A DNA stretch of 64,000 bases from Spirochaetia bacterium (GTDB lineage: Bacteria > Spirochaetota > Spirochaetia > DSM-16054 > Sediminispirochaetaceae). Each line of letters starts with the position of its first letter. Within the stretch, counting starts at the first letter, position 1. Positions 41,110-49,917 of this stretch are shown one piece after another. The translations under genes were made by a program, and so were the position numbers. Below the pieces are notes generated by a model. It searched no databases and was not told the origin of the DNA. It worked only from the letters and a program-made list of their open reading frames with translations. The DNA is taken from assembly GCA_034520965.1 (NCBI GenBank), contig JAXHMY010000002.1:160001-224000 (forward strand). The letters run 5' to 3'.

Positions 41110-41137
41110 ATGACAAGATGATATGTATGTTTGAATT

Positions 41138-41929
41138 TTAGTAGACTTTGGTAAGTACTAAGGTTCGATCGGAGAGTACTGCAATGGTATGCTCGAACAC
41201 AGCAGTGCTGCCCTGATCTACAGTCCTGTAAGCGGTCTTTCCCTCTTCAATGTATATTTCACCTGTTCCATCGGTAAGTACCGGTTCGACAGTAAATACC
41301 ATTCCCGGAACAATTGGAGCGCCAACTCCCAACTCTCCATTTGAAAACACAGCCGGTCCCTCATGCAGTTCACGGCCGATACCATGGCCAATCAAATTCT
41401 CAATAATGTTACAGCCGAATTGCTTAGCGACAGCTTCAATTTCCGCGCCGATATCCCCTATACGAGCACCGGCCTTCGCCTTTGCTATTCCGCACAAGGT
41501 CGCCCTCCGGGCGGTACGGATAAGCTGGGCATGGGAAGGAGTGCTTACCCCAACCGGTACGGTAATCGCAGCGTCTCCATACCAGCCGTTCACCCTTAGA
41601 ACTAAATCCAAAGTAACTATATCTCCAGTCCGCAGCATGTAAGTTCCGGGTAATCCATGAGCAGCTACTTCGTTCACAGAAATTGACAAGTAAGTTGGGA
41701 ATTCTGGAAATTTTTCGATGGTCCATCGATTAGAATAATGCTCTACCCGGCTGTTACAAAGCCTTTCAATTACCTCAGTAGTAAGCCCCGGGCGCACCGC
41801 CGATTTTAGTTCTTCCAGGATAGTCGCCACTAAACGACCGGAATAGGAGAGTCTAAGAATCTCTTCCCTGGTTTTGAGCTGAACCTCTTCCTCATACGGT
41901 ATTTTTGATAAAACCGCCCTATTCCTCAT
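41138..41929 (-). CDS. map: Type I methionine aminopeptidase
   Basis: SVNEVAAHGLP, D...GDAA, GHGIG..LHE.P, FTVEP, FEHT. Confidence 0.92.
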   Translation of the reverse strand: MRNRAVLSKIPYEEEVQLKTREEILRLSYSGRLVATILEELKSAVRPGLTTEVIERLCNSRVEHYSNRWTIEKFPEFPTYLSISVNEVAAHGLPGTYMLRTGDIVTLDLVLRVNGWYGDAAITVPVGVSTPSHAQLIRTARRATLCGIAKAKAGARIGDIGAEIEAVAKQFGCNIIENLIGHGIGRELHEGPAVFSNGELGVGAPIVPGMVFTVEPVLTDGTGEIYIEEGKTAYRTVDQGSTAVFEHTIAVLSDRTLVLTKVY

Positions 41930-41951
41930 AGCTTTCGGATTTCCTTTTCTC

Positions 41952-42308
41952 CTAGCCCAAATCCGGGCGCAGTTTCTCGGCCCCGTGCAGGTAGCAAGGA
42001 CGCAGAAGAACTCCCTCTTCAGTGTAGACTGTTAAAAGGACGCGAATAACTCGGGGCATCGAAGCCTCAATGTGCGGTTCCTGACAACAGAACAGCGGGG
42101 TTTTTGGATAACCCAGCTGCCTAAAGGCAGCCGCAGGGTTTAACTTTGTAAGATCCTGGGTAATGGAAAACTGAACCGAAACAATATGACGCTCTTCAAT
42201 ATAGTTTTCATCAAGTAAGGTCCGCATCATGCTTTGGGTTCCATTTTCAATAGCATTTGTAGTATTATCTTTTATCTGTACAGCTCCGCGTACCGCCTGT
42301 AGCTTCAT
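41952..42308 (-). CDS. aroH: Chorismate mutase, AroH class
   Basis: AVRGA, FSITQDL..LNPA, PLFCCQE, PRVIRVL, YLHGAEKLRPDL. Confidence 0.92.
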   Translation of the reverse strand: MKLQAVRGAVQIKDNTTNAIENGTQSMMRTLLDENYIEERHIVSVQFSITQDLTKLNPAAAFRQLGYPKTPLFCCQEPHIEASMPRVIRVLLTVYTEEGVLLRPCYLHGAEKLRPDLG

Positions 42309-42366
42309 AATTCTCGCTCCTCCTTGCCTATTTTAATGGGTCTTCTTTAAACCAGTCTACATTTGT

Positions 42367-42702
42367 CTACAGCCATGAGAGCACCACGTTCAGGAAAAAT
42401 AAAAAACTGCTCCCGTAGAGAAACCCGATACCGGACCAGACTAATCCGCTCCATGGAATACGTCTTCTCTCCTTAGTAGTTTTATGTTTCACCTTCTCAA
42501 TTAAAAAAAATGCTATATAATACACATCAGCAATCAAAAAACAGAAAAGCGCCCATTCCAACAGATGCAATAGAAATTTATTGGTGCTTTCTAAAAATGC
42601 CTGATTATTGCCCACTACAAACAGCATCCCCACAACAATAGTGCATAAGAAAAGATACAGGGCAAATAATCCGGAAATTGTTCGTAAGCGCCAATTCTTC
42701 AT
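42367..42702 (-). CDS. Small hypothetical membrane protein
   Basis: 111 aa, 3 TM helices, GNNQAFL motif. Confidence 0.65.
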   Translation of the reverse strand: MKNWRLRTISGLFALYLFLCTIVVGMLFVVGNNQAFLESTNKFLLHLLEWALFCFLIADVYYIAFFLIEKVKHKTTKERRRIPWSGLVWSGIGFLYGSSFLFFLNVVLSWL

Positions 42703-42741
42703 ATACGCTTATAGTAACAGCAACGGAGTCATTTGTCATAG

Positions 42742-42852
42742 CAGCAATTCTAAAATTTTCAATTTTAGAATGCTCACAATTTGTTTAAGGGATATATATT
42801 ATCTTAAAGTTTTTGAAGTGCTTTTCTTGTAACATTCGCTACTATGCTTGCC
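42742..42852. mobile_element. Degenerate palindromic MITE-like element, copy C
   Basis: Starts CAGCAATTC; shortened hairpin ATTCTAAAATT-TTC-AATTTTAGAAT; shares GAATGCT.ACA.TTTGTTTAAG...TATCTTAAAG with copy A; possible flanks TTGTCATAG/TTTTCATAG (8/9); right end poorly conserved. Confidence 0.55.
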
Positions 42853-42892
42853 TTTTCATAGGGTATCGTCTTACAATACAAAGCAAGTGACA

Positions 42893-43873
42893 ATGAATAC
42901 ACATATTTCCCAAACTGAACTACATACGGTTCTTACACAGAACCATCAAGAGTGGAAATCACTAATACAATCCCTCTGCCGACCACTCATCCCACTTTCT
43001 ACTGATACCGCGCCGCGGCTTTCCCACATTACCGGCATAAAGGCGGTAGTATTTGATATTTACGGTACCCTGCTTATCTCCGGCAGCGGAGAAGTAGGCA
43101 GCCTAACTGCTTATAAGAGTCTTGGACAACTGAATTTCTTCAACGCCTTTCAAGAGGCGGGAATCAATTCATCCCTTTCTCCAGAGGTTTTCAATGGTGT
43201 ATGTTCAAGATTTTTTGAAGAGGCTATCCAGACTCGGCACAGAGAGCTAAAAGCTCAGGGGATCAATTACCCTGAAGTGAATATTCTCGAAATTTGGCAA
43301 ACGGTGGGTGAAACCCTTTTTCACGATAAGATTATTTCTCACTCCCTCTCAGCATATAATATCATCTTAATAGCATTGGAATATGAGCTATCGGCCAATC
43401 CGACTTGGCCAATGCCCAATGCCTGTGAGACTCTGGCAACACTATTCAGGCATAACTACGTAATGGGAATTGTCTCGAACGCCCAATTTTATACTCCCCT
43501 CATACTTGATTCTGTTTTTGAACCGTCCTTAACAGCCCTTGGGATAATGGAAGAAGCCAGAGTATGGTCGTATAAGCTAGGCTACGCCAAACCCTCCACC
43601 CGGCTGTTCGCATCCTTGCTTGACTACTTTGAACGTCAATGGAGCATACAGCCGTCGGAAGTACTGTACGTCGGTAACGATATGCTGAATGATATCTACA
43701 CCGCAGCAGCGGTTGGCTGCAGAACAGCCTTATTTGCCGGAGATCAAAGATCGCTGCGTGTACGAAGAGAAAATTCTCTTGTACAATCAATGCAGCCTGA
43801 CGCTATAATTACAGATATGGCGCAACTGTTGCAGATTCTTGGTTTGAGTATTAAAAGGAGTAGTCTCCAATGA
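42893..43873 (+). CDS. HAD-superfamily hydrolase
   Basis: FDIYGTL, VSNAQ, AKP and YVGNDMLND motifs. Confidence 0.88.
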   Translation: MNTHISQTELHTVLTQNHQEWKSLIQSLCRPLIPLSTDTAPRLSHITGIKAVVFDIYGTLLISGSGEVGSLTAYKSLGQLNFFNAFQEAGINSSLSPEVFNGVCSRFFEEAIQTRHRELKAQGINYPEVNILEIWQTVGETLFHDKIISHSLSAYNIILIALEYELSANPTWPMPNACETLATLFRHNYVMGIVSNAQFYTPLILDSVFEPSLTALGIMEEARVWSYKLGYAKPSTRLFASLLDYFERQWSIQPSEVLYVGNDMLNDIYTAAAVGCRTALFAGDQRSLRVRRENSLVQSMQPDAIITDMAQLLQILGLSIKRSSLQ

Positions 43874-44742
43874 AAGCAAAACTGTTTCTCTTTGTTATCC
43901 TATTAATTCTTGTTGGAGGAGCTGTCTTCTACTTTGGGTGGATACAGTTTCAGTTAGAAGAGCACACCTATGGGGTTGTCTTCTCAAAGACCAGCGGGTA
44001 TGAGGAGGAGGTCCTGCGTCCAGGTGAGTTCAACTGGCGTTGGCAGGCGTTGGTGCCTACCAATCTAACTCTCCATGCAATTGAAGTACTTCCCCGGTCA
44101 GTTGATTTAGAAAAGAGCGGCAGCTTGCCTTCCGGCAGAGTCTACGCCCAGGCAGTCGAAGTATCAACCGATTTTAAGTACAGACTCGTTCTTTCCCTTA
44201 CCTATTCTTTACGGCCCGAGCATCTGCCGCAACTGGTACAGGAAGAGGCCCTGACAGCCGACACTCTCGACGACTATTATCGGGAAGCAGAGCAGATAAT
44301 AAACTCACTAATCAGCAGTTATATTGAAAACCGAATCAGCAGTAACCAGGACGTATCCATAGATGACTTTAAGACCAGCGCTTTTGAAACTACACTCAAA
44401 GAAGAGCTGCGGGAAGAGTTTTCGCATTTTGAGATAAAAAACGTGGCCCTGACTCAGTTGGAAATTCCGGATATCGACCTCTACCAGGCTGCACGTTCCT
44501 ATTATTTCGATATTCTTCAGACGCGTCGCGAGACGGAAACCGCGACACTTACGCAGGAGCGCGAGTGGATAGTCAGTCAGGAATCGAAACTTGAGGTCCT
44601 GAAAAAATACGGAGAACTATTTACCGAGTATCCGGGACTTATTCAATACATGGCTCTGCGAGAAAACCGTAATCTTCAACAGCTTTTACCTGAAATAAAT
44701 CTAATTCAATCTTCAGAAAATAACGGTTCAGCTGAAGAATAG
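43870..44742 (+). CDS. Membrane-anchored SPFH/band-7-like protein
   Basis: N-terminal TM helix, YGVVFSKTSG...LRPGEFNWRW, C-terminal KYGELFTEYPGLIQY. Confidence 0.55.
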   Translation: MKAKLFLFVILLILVGGAVFYFGWIQFQLEEHTYGVVFSKTSGYEEEVLRPGEFNWRWQALVPTNLTLHAIEVLPRSVDLEKSGSLPSGRVYAQAVEVSTDFKYRLVLSLTYSLRPEHLPQLVQEEALTADTLDDYYREAEQIINSLISSYIENRISSNQDVSIDDFKTSAFETTLKEELREEFSHFEIKNVALTQLEIPDIDLYQAARSYYFDILQTRRETETATLTQEREWIVSQESKLEVLKKYGELFTEYPGLIQYMALRENRNLQQLLPEINLIQSSENNGSAEE

Positions 44743-44755
44743 GAGTCTGAATAGC

Positions 44756-45250
44756 TTGAGTGAATATTTTTTTAATTTCGAGAAAATGGCCTATCTGAAG
44801 ACCCCTAAACCCGAAGGATGTATTATATGCCTTATAATTGAAAAGTCGGATAAAGTGCACGATCTAACTGTATGGGAAAATGATAATTTTATGGTTATGG
44901 TAAACCTCTATCCTTACAATCCCGGGCATTTACTTGTTGCACCCAAACGCCATATCACTGATATACGAGCACTCAATCCTTCAGAAGAACTGCAGCTGCA
45001 CGCCCTTCAGCGCCGTTTTTTAACTCTCCTCGACCGACTCTATTCTCCCAGCGCCTATAATATCGGTTTCAATATGGGCCTGCCCGCCGGAGCCAGTATT
45101 GAACATCTGCATTTGCATATAATTCCTCGATACCCGCGTGAAACCGGTATAGCCGATCTTATTGCAGGCAAACGAGTCCTGGTGGAAAGCCCCATAGAGA
45201 CAATGAACAGAATTAAAGAGTTACTTCGTCAAAACCAGTTTCATCTCTGA
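44756..45250 (+). CDS. HIT-family nucleotide hydrolase
   Basis: CIIC, NLYPYNPGHLLVAP, GASIEHLHLHIIPR. Confidence 0.93.
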   Translation: MSEYFFNFEKMAYLKTPKPEGCIICLIIEKSDKVHDLTVWENDNFMVMVNLYPYNPGHLLVAPKRHITDIRALNPSEELQLHALQRRFLTLLDRLYSPSAYNIGFNMGLPAGASIEHLHLHIIPRYPRETGIADLIAGKRVLVESPIETMNRIKELLRQNQFHL

Positions 45251-47153
45251 TCTGTTCAAGCTGGTTTAAGATTACTTCTAAAAGAAAAATTCTTTCGTTA
45301 TTCTGTTTTAATACTTCTTCGAGGGCAATCGCCTGCCCTTGAATTAGATAGCGCTTTTCCATGCTTGCCTGAATCTTTGGTTCTCTGTTCTGAAGAAAAT
45401 CTTGAAACAGCAATCGGATTCCTCTGGCAGCCTCACGCCCTCGGCTTAAAATTTCTGCAGCCTCGCGATCTTTTTTTATCACTATTGACTGATACATACG
45501 CTGTTGAATAGGTTCGAGGGAAGTCTCAAACCTCAGCTTTTGAAATTTTTTACCTTCATCCTGCTCAGGAGATAACGAGTCGTCAAGTTCGTTTATCTTA
45601 TATAGCACATCTTCGCAGGTTGAGGAGTGCTTTAACAGCCGTTCCCGGGTAATGCGGTCCTGTTCGGTAATCAATCCATCTAAGAGCTGAAGTACCTTCT
45701 GTATATTTCCGCGATAAAAAGTGGTTAGAAAGTTAAACATTACCAATAATGCCTGATAGTACCGGAAGGGTGAGATGCCCAGCTTTTCATATTCAATTGA
45801 AGAATAGGTTCGATAAAAATGAAGTGCCCGCATTTTCACAGCATGAAACAACTCCCCCCGTTCCTGGGCAAGCGCCTCTCTGCGCACCTCAGAAAGTTTC
45901 TCATCAATATCACCGCGAATCGTCAGTTTTTTCATTGTTTTGTAAAAGCCTTTTGCATCAATGCTGGGGATATACACCAGCAGTCGGTAATAGGGGTCTT
46001 CTTTTATGGCTCTTACCACCTGCGGGAGCGGAACGGTTTTTAGAAACTTCTTAGCATGTTCTACCACTCTCTCAAAGTCACCAATAAATTTTTGAGCATC
46101 CGTATCAACGCTTTCTGTTGTATCAGCTCTGCTTTCTTTCGGCCGGCTTTGCTCCTGCTGATGTCGGTCTTCAACCTTGTTTTCCTCGTCCTCCTCTGCG
46201 GTAAGGGTCTCAGTTTCATCTTCTGCCCCCGGTACAGCATCGGAGTCATTCGATGAATGAGAGGCGGGAAACAAGGTCGCAAAGATATCCTCAACCACCT
46301 CTACATTAAAATTCCGGGTCATTTTAGTTTGGTCGGCGCTATATAGCGCATAATAAAGCTCTTCGATCTCATCTAAAACAGGAAGGGCGGCGGTCTTTTG
46401 AAAGAGGGGTTGATATTCCGGATCGTCAGAACGAATCGTCCCATGAAACATTCCAAAAAAACGGGAGTATGGAAACAGAATTAAGTCACGCAAGTAATAC
46501 AAGGGGGTAAGTATCTCTTCTATTCGTCTAAAATGTAGTGTATCGATACCTTCAATATATGACTCAAGTCGGGAATTGGTTTCCTTTATAATAGAGTCCC
46601 GACTGCCGCTGCTGCGGTACAGATTTACCATTTCCTCTAATGGAACTAGATCAAAACAGCTGTTCACCGTTACACCAATCTGCTTTTCAATAAGATTAAA
46701 TACAAGTTGATGCAGATTGCCAAACTCACTGTCGTCCTTCCACAGTTTTTCAAATAAGTTTCGCAATGGAATTGTAGCCACAAATAGTTCGAATACTTTC
46801 TCTGCTAAATGAGGTCTAAATGTACGAGTTTCGAAGTTTACTATTCCAGGGGCTTTTTGTCGAACCGCATGCCGCAACCTTTTAAGCTTGTATTCGAGTA
46901 CCACCTGTTCAATAGATTTTCCGCTGAATATTCTTCGTATCAGCAAAAACAGATACCGGAAGGGAGACATTTTTCTTATTTCCTGACGCAGTCGGATTTT
47001 AATTTCATCCTGACTGGTATCGACACGGTCCAACTTGTTCTGTTCGTCCGCTTCATCATGCAGACTCGTATGAATTTGTTTTAAGAACTGTTTACGCTCT
47101 TTTTCAGTAAGTGAGCGAGCAAGCTTTTCCATTACCCAGTTTTTCTGTTCCAT
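45213..47153 (-). CDS. Spirochaete-type hypothetical helical protein (DUF5312-like)
   Basis: 646-aa ORF; N-terminal LARSLTEKERKQFLKQI; family call from recall only. Confidence 0.6.
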   Translation of the reverse strand: MEQKNWVMEKLARSLTEKERKQFLKQIHTSLHDEADEQNKLDRVDTSQDEIKIRLRQEIRKMSPFRYLFLLIRRIFSGKSIEQVVLEYKLKRLRHAVRQKAPGIVNFETRTFRPHLAEKVFELFVATIPLRNLFEKLWKDDSEFGNLHQLVFNLIEKQIGVTVNSCFDLVPLEEMVNLYRSSGSRDSIIKETNSRLESYIEGIDTLHFRRIEEILTPLYYLRDLILFPYSRFFGMFHGTIRSDDPEYQPLFQKTAALPVLDEIEELYYALYSADQTKMTRNFNVEVVEDIFATLFPASHSSNDSDAVPGAEDETETLTAEEDEENKVEDRHQQEQSRPKESRADTTESVDTDAQKFIGDFERVVEHAKKFLKTVPLPQVVRAIKEDPYYRLLVYIPSIDAKGFYKTMKKLTIRGDIDEKLSEVRREALAQERGELFHAVKMRALHFYRTYSSIEYEKLGISPFRYYQALLVMFNFLTTFYRGNIQKVLQLLDGLITEQDRITRERLLKHSSTCEDVLYKINELDDSLSPEQDEGKKFQKLRFETSLEPIQQRMYQSIVIKKDREAAEILSRGREAARGIRLLFQDFLQNREPKIQASMEKRYLIQGQAIALEEVLKQNNERIFLLEVILNQLEQIRDETGFDEVTL

Positions 47154-47194
47154 TCTTTTTTGTTTTCCTATTCGTGGGCTTATAATTCCCCGGC

Positions 47195-47812
47195 TTACAG
47201 GGGGTAGATAAACAGCAGTCGGCCGGATTTTGGTACAATAGTTACTTCTTCAGAGTTCACCACATTACTGATACCAACACTCCCCCGTTGCCACTCCAGA
47301 TGATCAAGTGGCCATTTAAGGCCGCTGCTCCTCATTCTGCATACCTCGGTACCTGCGGGAAACAAAGAGACTGTTTTGCCTCTTAAATTCCGAAACGATT
47401 TCGATCGATCAATAGAAATCACCCCTTCATTTCGAGTGTACCACTCATCCGGCCGAATTTCTCGATCAAAAAGTGCAACTATACCTAAAAGATGGTCTAA
47501 TCTTCCTCCACCGCCCCCAATCATGGTTACGAAGTCGACGCCCCGTTCCTTGAGAAACTGAAGCCCCAGTTCCGTATCGGTCTCGTCCTTTTCGGTCGAG
47601 GCAATTAAAAGCTTTTCTGCGGGCAATTCAGTTAGAGCATGTCTATACCGTGTTGAATCCATGTCACCAACAATATAGTCAAAATCCAAACCATTCTCCC
47701 ATAAAAAATCAAACCCTGAGTCGGCGGCCACTACTAAAGCAGCATCTCTTAAGTGCTGTTCTGCTATATGTGCTGGGGGATGCTCACCACCTAGTACAAG
47801 TACTCCCTTCAT
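47195..47812 (-). CDS. Thiamine diphosphokinase
   Basis: AADSG, GDMDS, EKDETDTE, GGRLDH, GLKWPL, GISN. Confidence 0.93.
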   Translation of the reverse strand: MKGVLVLGGEHPPAHIAEQHLRDAALVVAADSGFDFLWENGLDFDYIVGDMDSTRYRHALTELPAEKLLIASTEKDETDTELGLQFLKERGVDFVTMIGGGGGRLDHLLGIVALFDREIRPDEWYTRNEGVISIDRSKSFRNLRGKTVSLFPAGTEVCRMRSSGLKWPLDHLEWQRGSVGISNVVNSEEVTIVPKSGRLLFIYPL

Positions 47813-47937
47813 GAGGCCTTCCTTCAGTCTTCTGCATCTTTGTTGCAGGTTGTATTCGTTATTATTTTAGTGTATAAAATGCTTACAATCAAACTACAAA
47901 TTATCTAATATTTGTGCAATTTGAAAGGAGTAAGCCT

Positions 47938-49272
47938 ATGAGTTCTTTAGAAGATAAGTTTTCCAAAGTAGGAATGATAGTTCCTCACATTTTAATGCCC
48001 CGAAAGGATGTCGACCTGCACAAGTGGGCTGTGGTGGCCTGCGACCAGTACACATCTGAACCTGAATATTGGAGTTCAGTAGCCCAGGAAGTCGGATCCG
48101 CCCCCTCTACCCTAAACCTCATTTTCCCCGAGGTATACTTAGAAGATGATGATAAAGATCAGCGCATAGAACGTATCAATGCTGCAATGGAAGAGTATCT
48201 TGCGCAGGGAGTTTTAGAAGACCAAGGTCAAGCCTTTTTTCTGGTGCAGCGCCACACACCTGACGCCTCTCCCCGTTGGGGTCTTATGGCAGCGCTGGAT
48301 CTAGAACAATACGATTTTTCAAAAGATTCGACCAGTTTAATACGAGCTACAGAAGGTACAATCCTGGATAGAATTCCTCCAAGAAAACAAATTCGTAAAA
48401 ATGCCTCAATTGAACTTCCACATATTATGGTTTTGATTGACGACCCTGAAAAAACTGTAATAGAACCTTGTGCCGCCGACACTGGTTCTTTTGAGAAGGT
48501 GTATGACTTTGATTTGATGAAAAACGGTGGTCATATCACCGGATACAAGATATTGGATGAAAGCAGTCTCCAGCGAATTGCCGATGCCCTGCACAAATTG
48601 GCCAACCCAGAGGCCTTCTCAAAAAAATACGGAGCCGAAGATGTATTGCTGTTTGCGATGGGCGATGGGAATCACTCCTTAGCAACAGCTAAAGCTGTAT
48701 GGGAAGACATAAAGCAGAAAAACTCCGACAATAAAGATGTAATGCAGCATCCCGCCCGCTGGGCATTGGTAGAGATTGAGAACATTTACGATGACGGGCT
48801 GGTATTTGAACCAATTCACCGTGTATTATTTAATTCCGATTTCAACCAATTTTCCAGTGAGTTGGAAAAAATAGGATCAGTCGAGTTCACTGGGCTCTCC
48901 TCCACCGACGAGGTGATGAAACGTGTTGCCTCCGATGATACTCAGCACATAATCGGGTACGTCGATGCTGAACGGACAGGCGTATTCACAGTAAAGAACC
49001 CTAATTCTACTATCGCCGCAGGAACAGCCCAGGAAGCGATCGATGCATTGGTCCAGCTGGAGTCTACCAGCGTAGATTACATACACGGACAGGGTTCAAC
49101 TGAGACATTGGGTCGCAAGAGGGGAAGTATTGGGTTGTTTCTCCCTGCGCTTGATAAATCAGATTTTTTCCGCACGGTAATTCATGATGGAGCCCTTCCC
49201 AGGAAGACTTTCTCAATGGGAGAAGCACACGAAAAGCGTTACTACGTGGAATCTCGAAAAATAAAAGAATAG
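47938..49272 (+). CDS. DUF1015 family protein
   Basis: WAVVACDQYTS, IRATEGT, MGDGNHSLA, LPRKTFSMG. Confidence 0.85.
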   Translation: MSSLEDKFSKVGMIVPHILMPRKDVDLHKWAVVACDQYTSEPEYWSSVAQEVGSAPSTLNLIFPEVYLEDDDKDQRIERINAAMEEYLAQGVLEDQGQAFFLVQRHTPDASPRWGLMAALDLEQYDFSKDSTSLIRATEGTILDRIPPRKQIRKNASIELPHIMVLIDDPEKTVIEPCAADTGSFEKVYDFDLMKNGGHITGYKILDESSLQRIADALHKLANPEAFSKKYGAEDVLLFAMGDGNHSLATAKAVWEDIKQKNSDNKDVMQHPARWALVEIENIYDDGLVFEPIHRVLFNSDFNQFSSELEKIGSVEFTGLSSTDEVMKRVASDDTQHIIGYVDAERTGVFTVKNPNSTIAAGTAQEAIDALVQLESTSVDYIHGQGSTETLGRKRGSIGLFLPALDKSDFFRTVIHDGALPRKTFSMGEAHEKRYYVESRKIKE

Positions 49273-49308
49273 CAAAATGGGCTGGTCGATCCCAAGTACG
49301 GCCGGCCC

Positions 49309-49749
49309 TCACTTTATTTTTCCGGAATAGTCCCGCGTGCGATAGCGAAAGAATACATAGGCTATTCCACCAGTAAACAGGGCTATTATACGAAAGACAT
49401 TCTGATCTACTCTGGTACGCGTGTATGGTTTGACCAATTCTCCTACCACATAATAATCTTGTTTCAAATGCATCCCGTCAATTTGTAAGTGCTGCTCATC
49501 CGGTTTATAATATCCCAGCTTACGAGCGTAAAGAGCAACCTTCTCGGAGCTATATTGAAGACTTTCGGCTTCTCTACTAAGCGAAGTTTTATTCTCCTCG
49601 AGAGCTTTTAGATTCTCCTCCAAGCGCTCTTTATAGAGTGACAATTCCTTATACTCAAGCACGCCCTCGTCGCCCCACACGTATAATTCAAGTCCATAAG
49701 TCATAAAAGCAATGTATGCTGCAATAATCAAAGCGAGTCCTCTTTTCAT
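49309..49749 (-). CDS. Septum formation initiator (FtsB/DivIC-like)
   Basis: TM helix + WGDEG + coiled coil + ARKLGYYKPDE; extra C-terminal TM helix. Confidence 0.75.
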   Translation of the reverse strand: MKRGLALIIAAYIAFMTYGLELYVWGDEGVLEYKELSLYKERLEENLKALEENKTSLSREAESLQYSSEKVALYARKLGYYKPDEQHLQIDGMHLKQDYYVVGELVKPYTRTRVDQNVFRIIALFTGGIAYVFFRYRTRDYSGKIK

Positions 49750-49856
49750 AGTATGGTTAACGGCGTATCTTCCATTTTTCTTGAGTAAGAGTTACGGCAT
49801 TAATAAAGCTTGTTATTTACATATCTTTTTGATACTCTTATTATAGAAGAAGAGGT

Positions 49857-49883
49857 TAAAACACCAAGGTTCTTTACCGATAA
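49857..49883 (+). promoter_or_regulatory. Putative sigma-28 (FliA) promoter
   Basis: TAAA-N15-ACCGATAA versus consensus TAAA-N15-GCCGATAA, 34 bp upstream of ATG 49918. Confidence 0.6.
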
Positions 49884-49917
49884 TTAACTATCGTGATGTT
49901 GAGTGTAGGAGAGCAAT

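Noticed and set aside
40933..41118. tRNA-associated genomic island attachment site
   Set aside because: No integrase and no duplicated tRNA 3' end; the flanking genes are housekeeping
49757..49784. Second sigma-28-like motif (TCAA-N16-GCCGTTAA) for the ftsB-like gene
   Set aside because: Spacing off by one and mismatches in both boxes
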